Virus record (IMG/VR): IMGVR_UViG_3300045988_160698
Source of the DNA: a virus
DNA: 32,606 bases
Reading direction: 5' to 3' (one strand)
The position numbers and the translations under genes are program-made. Under the pieces are notes generated by a model. It worked only from the letters and a program-made list of their open reading frames with translations. It did no database searches and was not told the origin of the DNA. Below, piece by piece: positions 32,427 to 32,606 of the stretch; the stretch's first letter is position 1, and the number at the start of each line of letters is the position of its first letter.

Positions 32427-32470
32427 ATTATAGGGGTACCACCATATAATACAAGGTATAGGGGTACCAC
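32427..32470 (-). promoter_or_regulatory. Candidate minus-strand promoter with two 14-bp direct-repeat operator-like sites
   Basis: On the minus strand: -35 TTGTAT (32454-32449), a 16-bp spacer, and -10 TATAAT (32432-27). TATAGGGGTACCAC is repeated exactly at 32429-32442 and 32457-32470. Confidence 0.4.
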
Positions 32471-32551
32471 TACACAAAGCGGACACAATTATGATTTGTT
32501 GTCCGGCGATTCGCAAAAAGTAATGACGGCAAGCCAGCTCCGAGTTAGCTT

Positions 32552-32606
32552 GATTTCAACTGAGTTGACATATATAGTGTTCGCAGTAAGTAGCTTCTGC
32601 TCCACC
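32552..32606. repeat. Terminal 55-bp direct repeat, copy 2; identical to 1-55
   Basis: Same 55-mer as at the window start. Confidence 0.95.

Noticed and set aside
1-32606. Scan for CRISPR arrays, tRNA/tmRNA genes, rRNA and transposase/IS elements
   Set aside because: I saw no regularly spaced repeat-spacer arrays and no cloverleaf-like conserved tRNA motifs in the few intergenic regions. No transposase-like ORFs are present. A tRNA scan by software would still be a cheap confirmation.

Overview
The window appears to be a complete, circularly closed genome of about 32.55 kb from a temperate siphovirus-type phage or excised prophage. Bases 1-55 are identical to 32552-32606. The sequence is visibly GC-rich, and almost every gene has a GGAGG-type ribosome-binding site. 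An actinobacterial-type IHF homologue suggests, tentatively, an Actinomycetota host (Coriobacteriia or Bifidobacterium-like); the CW_7 wall-binding repeats on the endolysin indicate only a Gram-positive-type wall.

Gene order:
- Large serine integrase (-), then a CI-like repressor (-) facing a Cro-like gene (+) across a repeat-dense switch region.
- Early/replication module (+): DUF4373 replisome organiser, an iteron-type origin, a P-loop protein, DUF3310, a second (tyrosine) integrase followed by an mIHF-like gene, SSB, dUTPase and a sigma-like regulator. A strong terminator closes this module.
- HK97-like late module (+): HNH, TerS, TerL, portal, prohead protease, major capsid, head-tail joining genes, major tail protein, chaperone with a frameshift ORF, tape measure, Dit, Tal and a BppU-like protein.
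- A receptor-binding protein, then XkdW/XkdX-like genes, a holin, two lysins and a terminator.
- A convergent RHH-domain gene (-) with its own promoter, operator and leader region.

The main finding is a diversity-generating retroelement (DGR) at the end of the tail module. The variable region (VR) forms the 3' end of the receptor-binding gene. A template repeat (TR) lies 210 bp downstream and differs from VR almost only at TR adenines. A divergent reverse transcriptase follows. No recognisable Avd accessory gene is present.

All functional calls come from reading motifs in the supplied translations and from alignments done by eye. No database searches were run.
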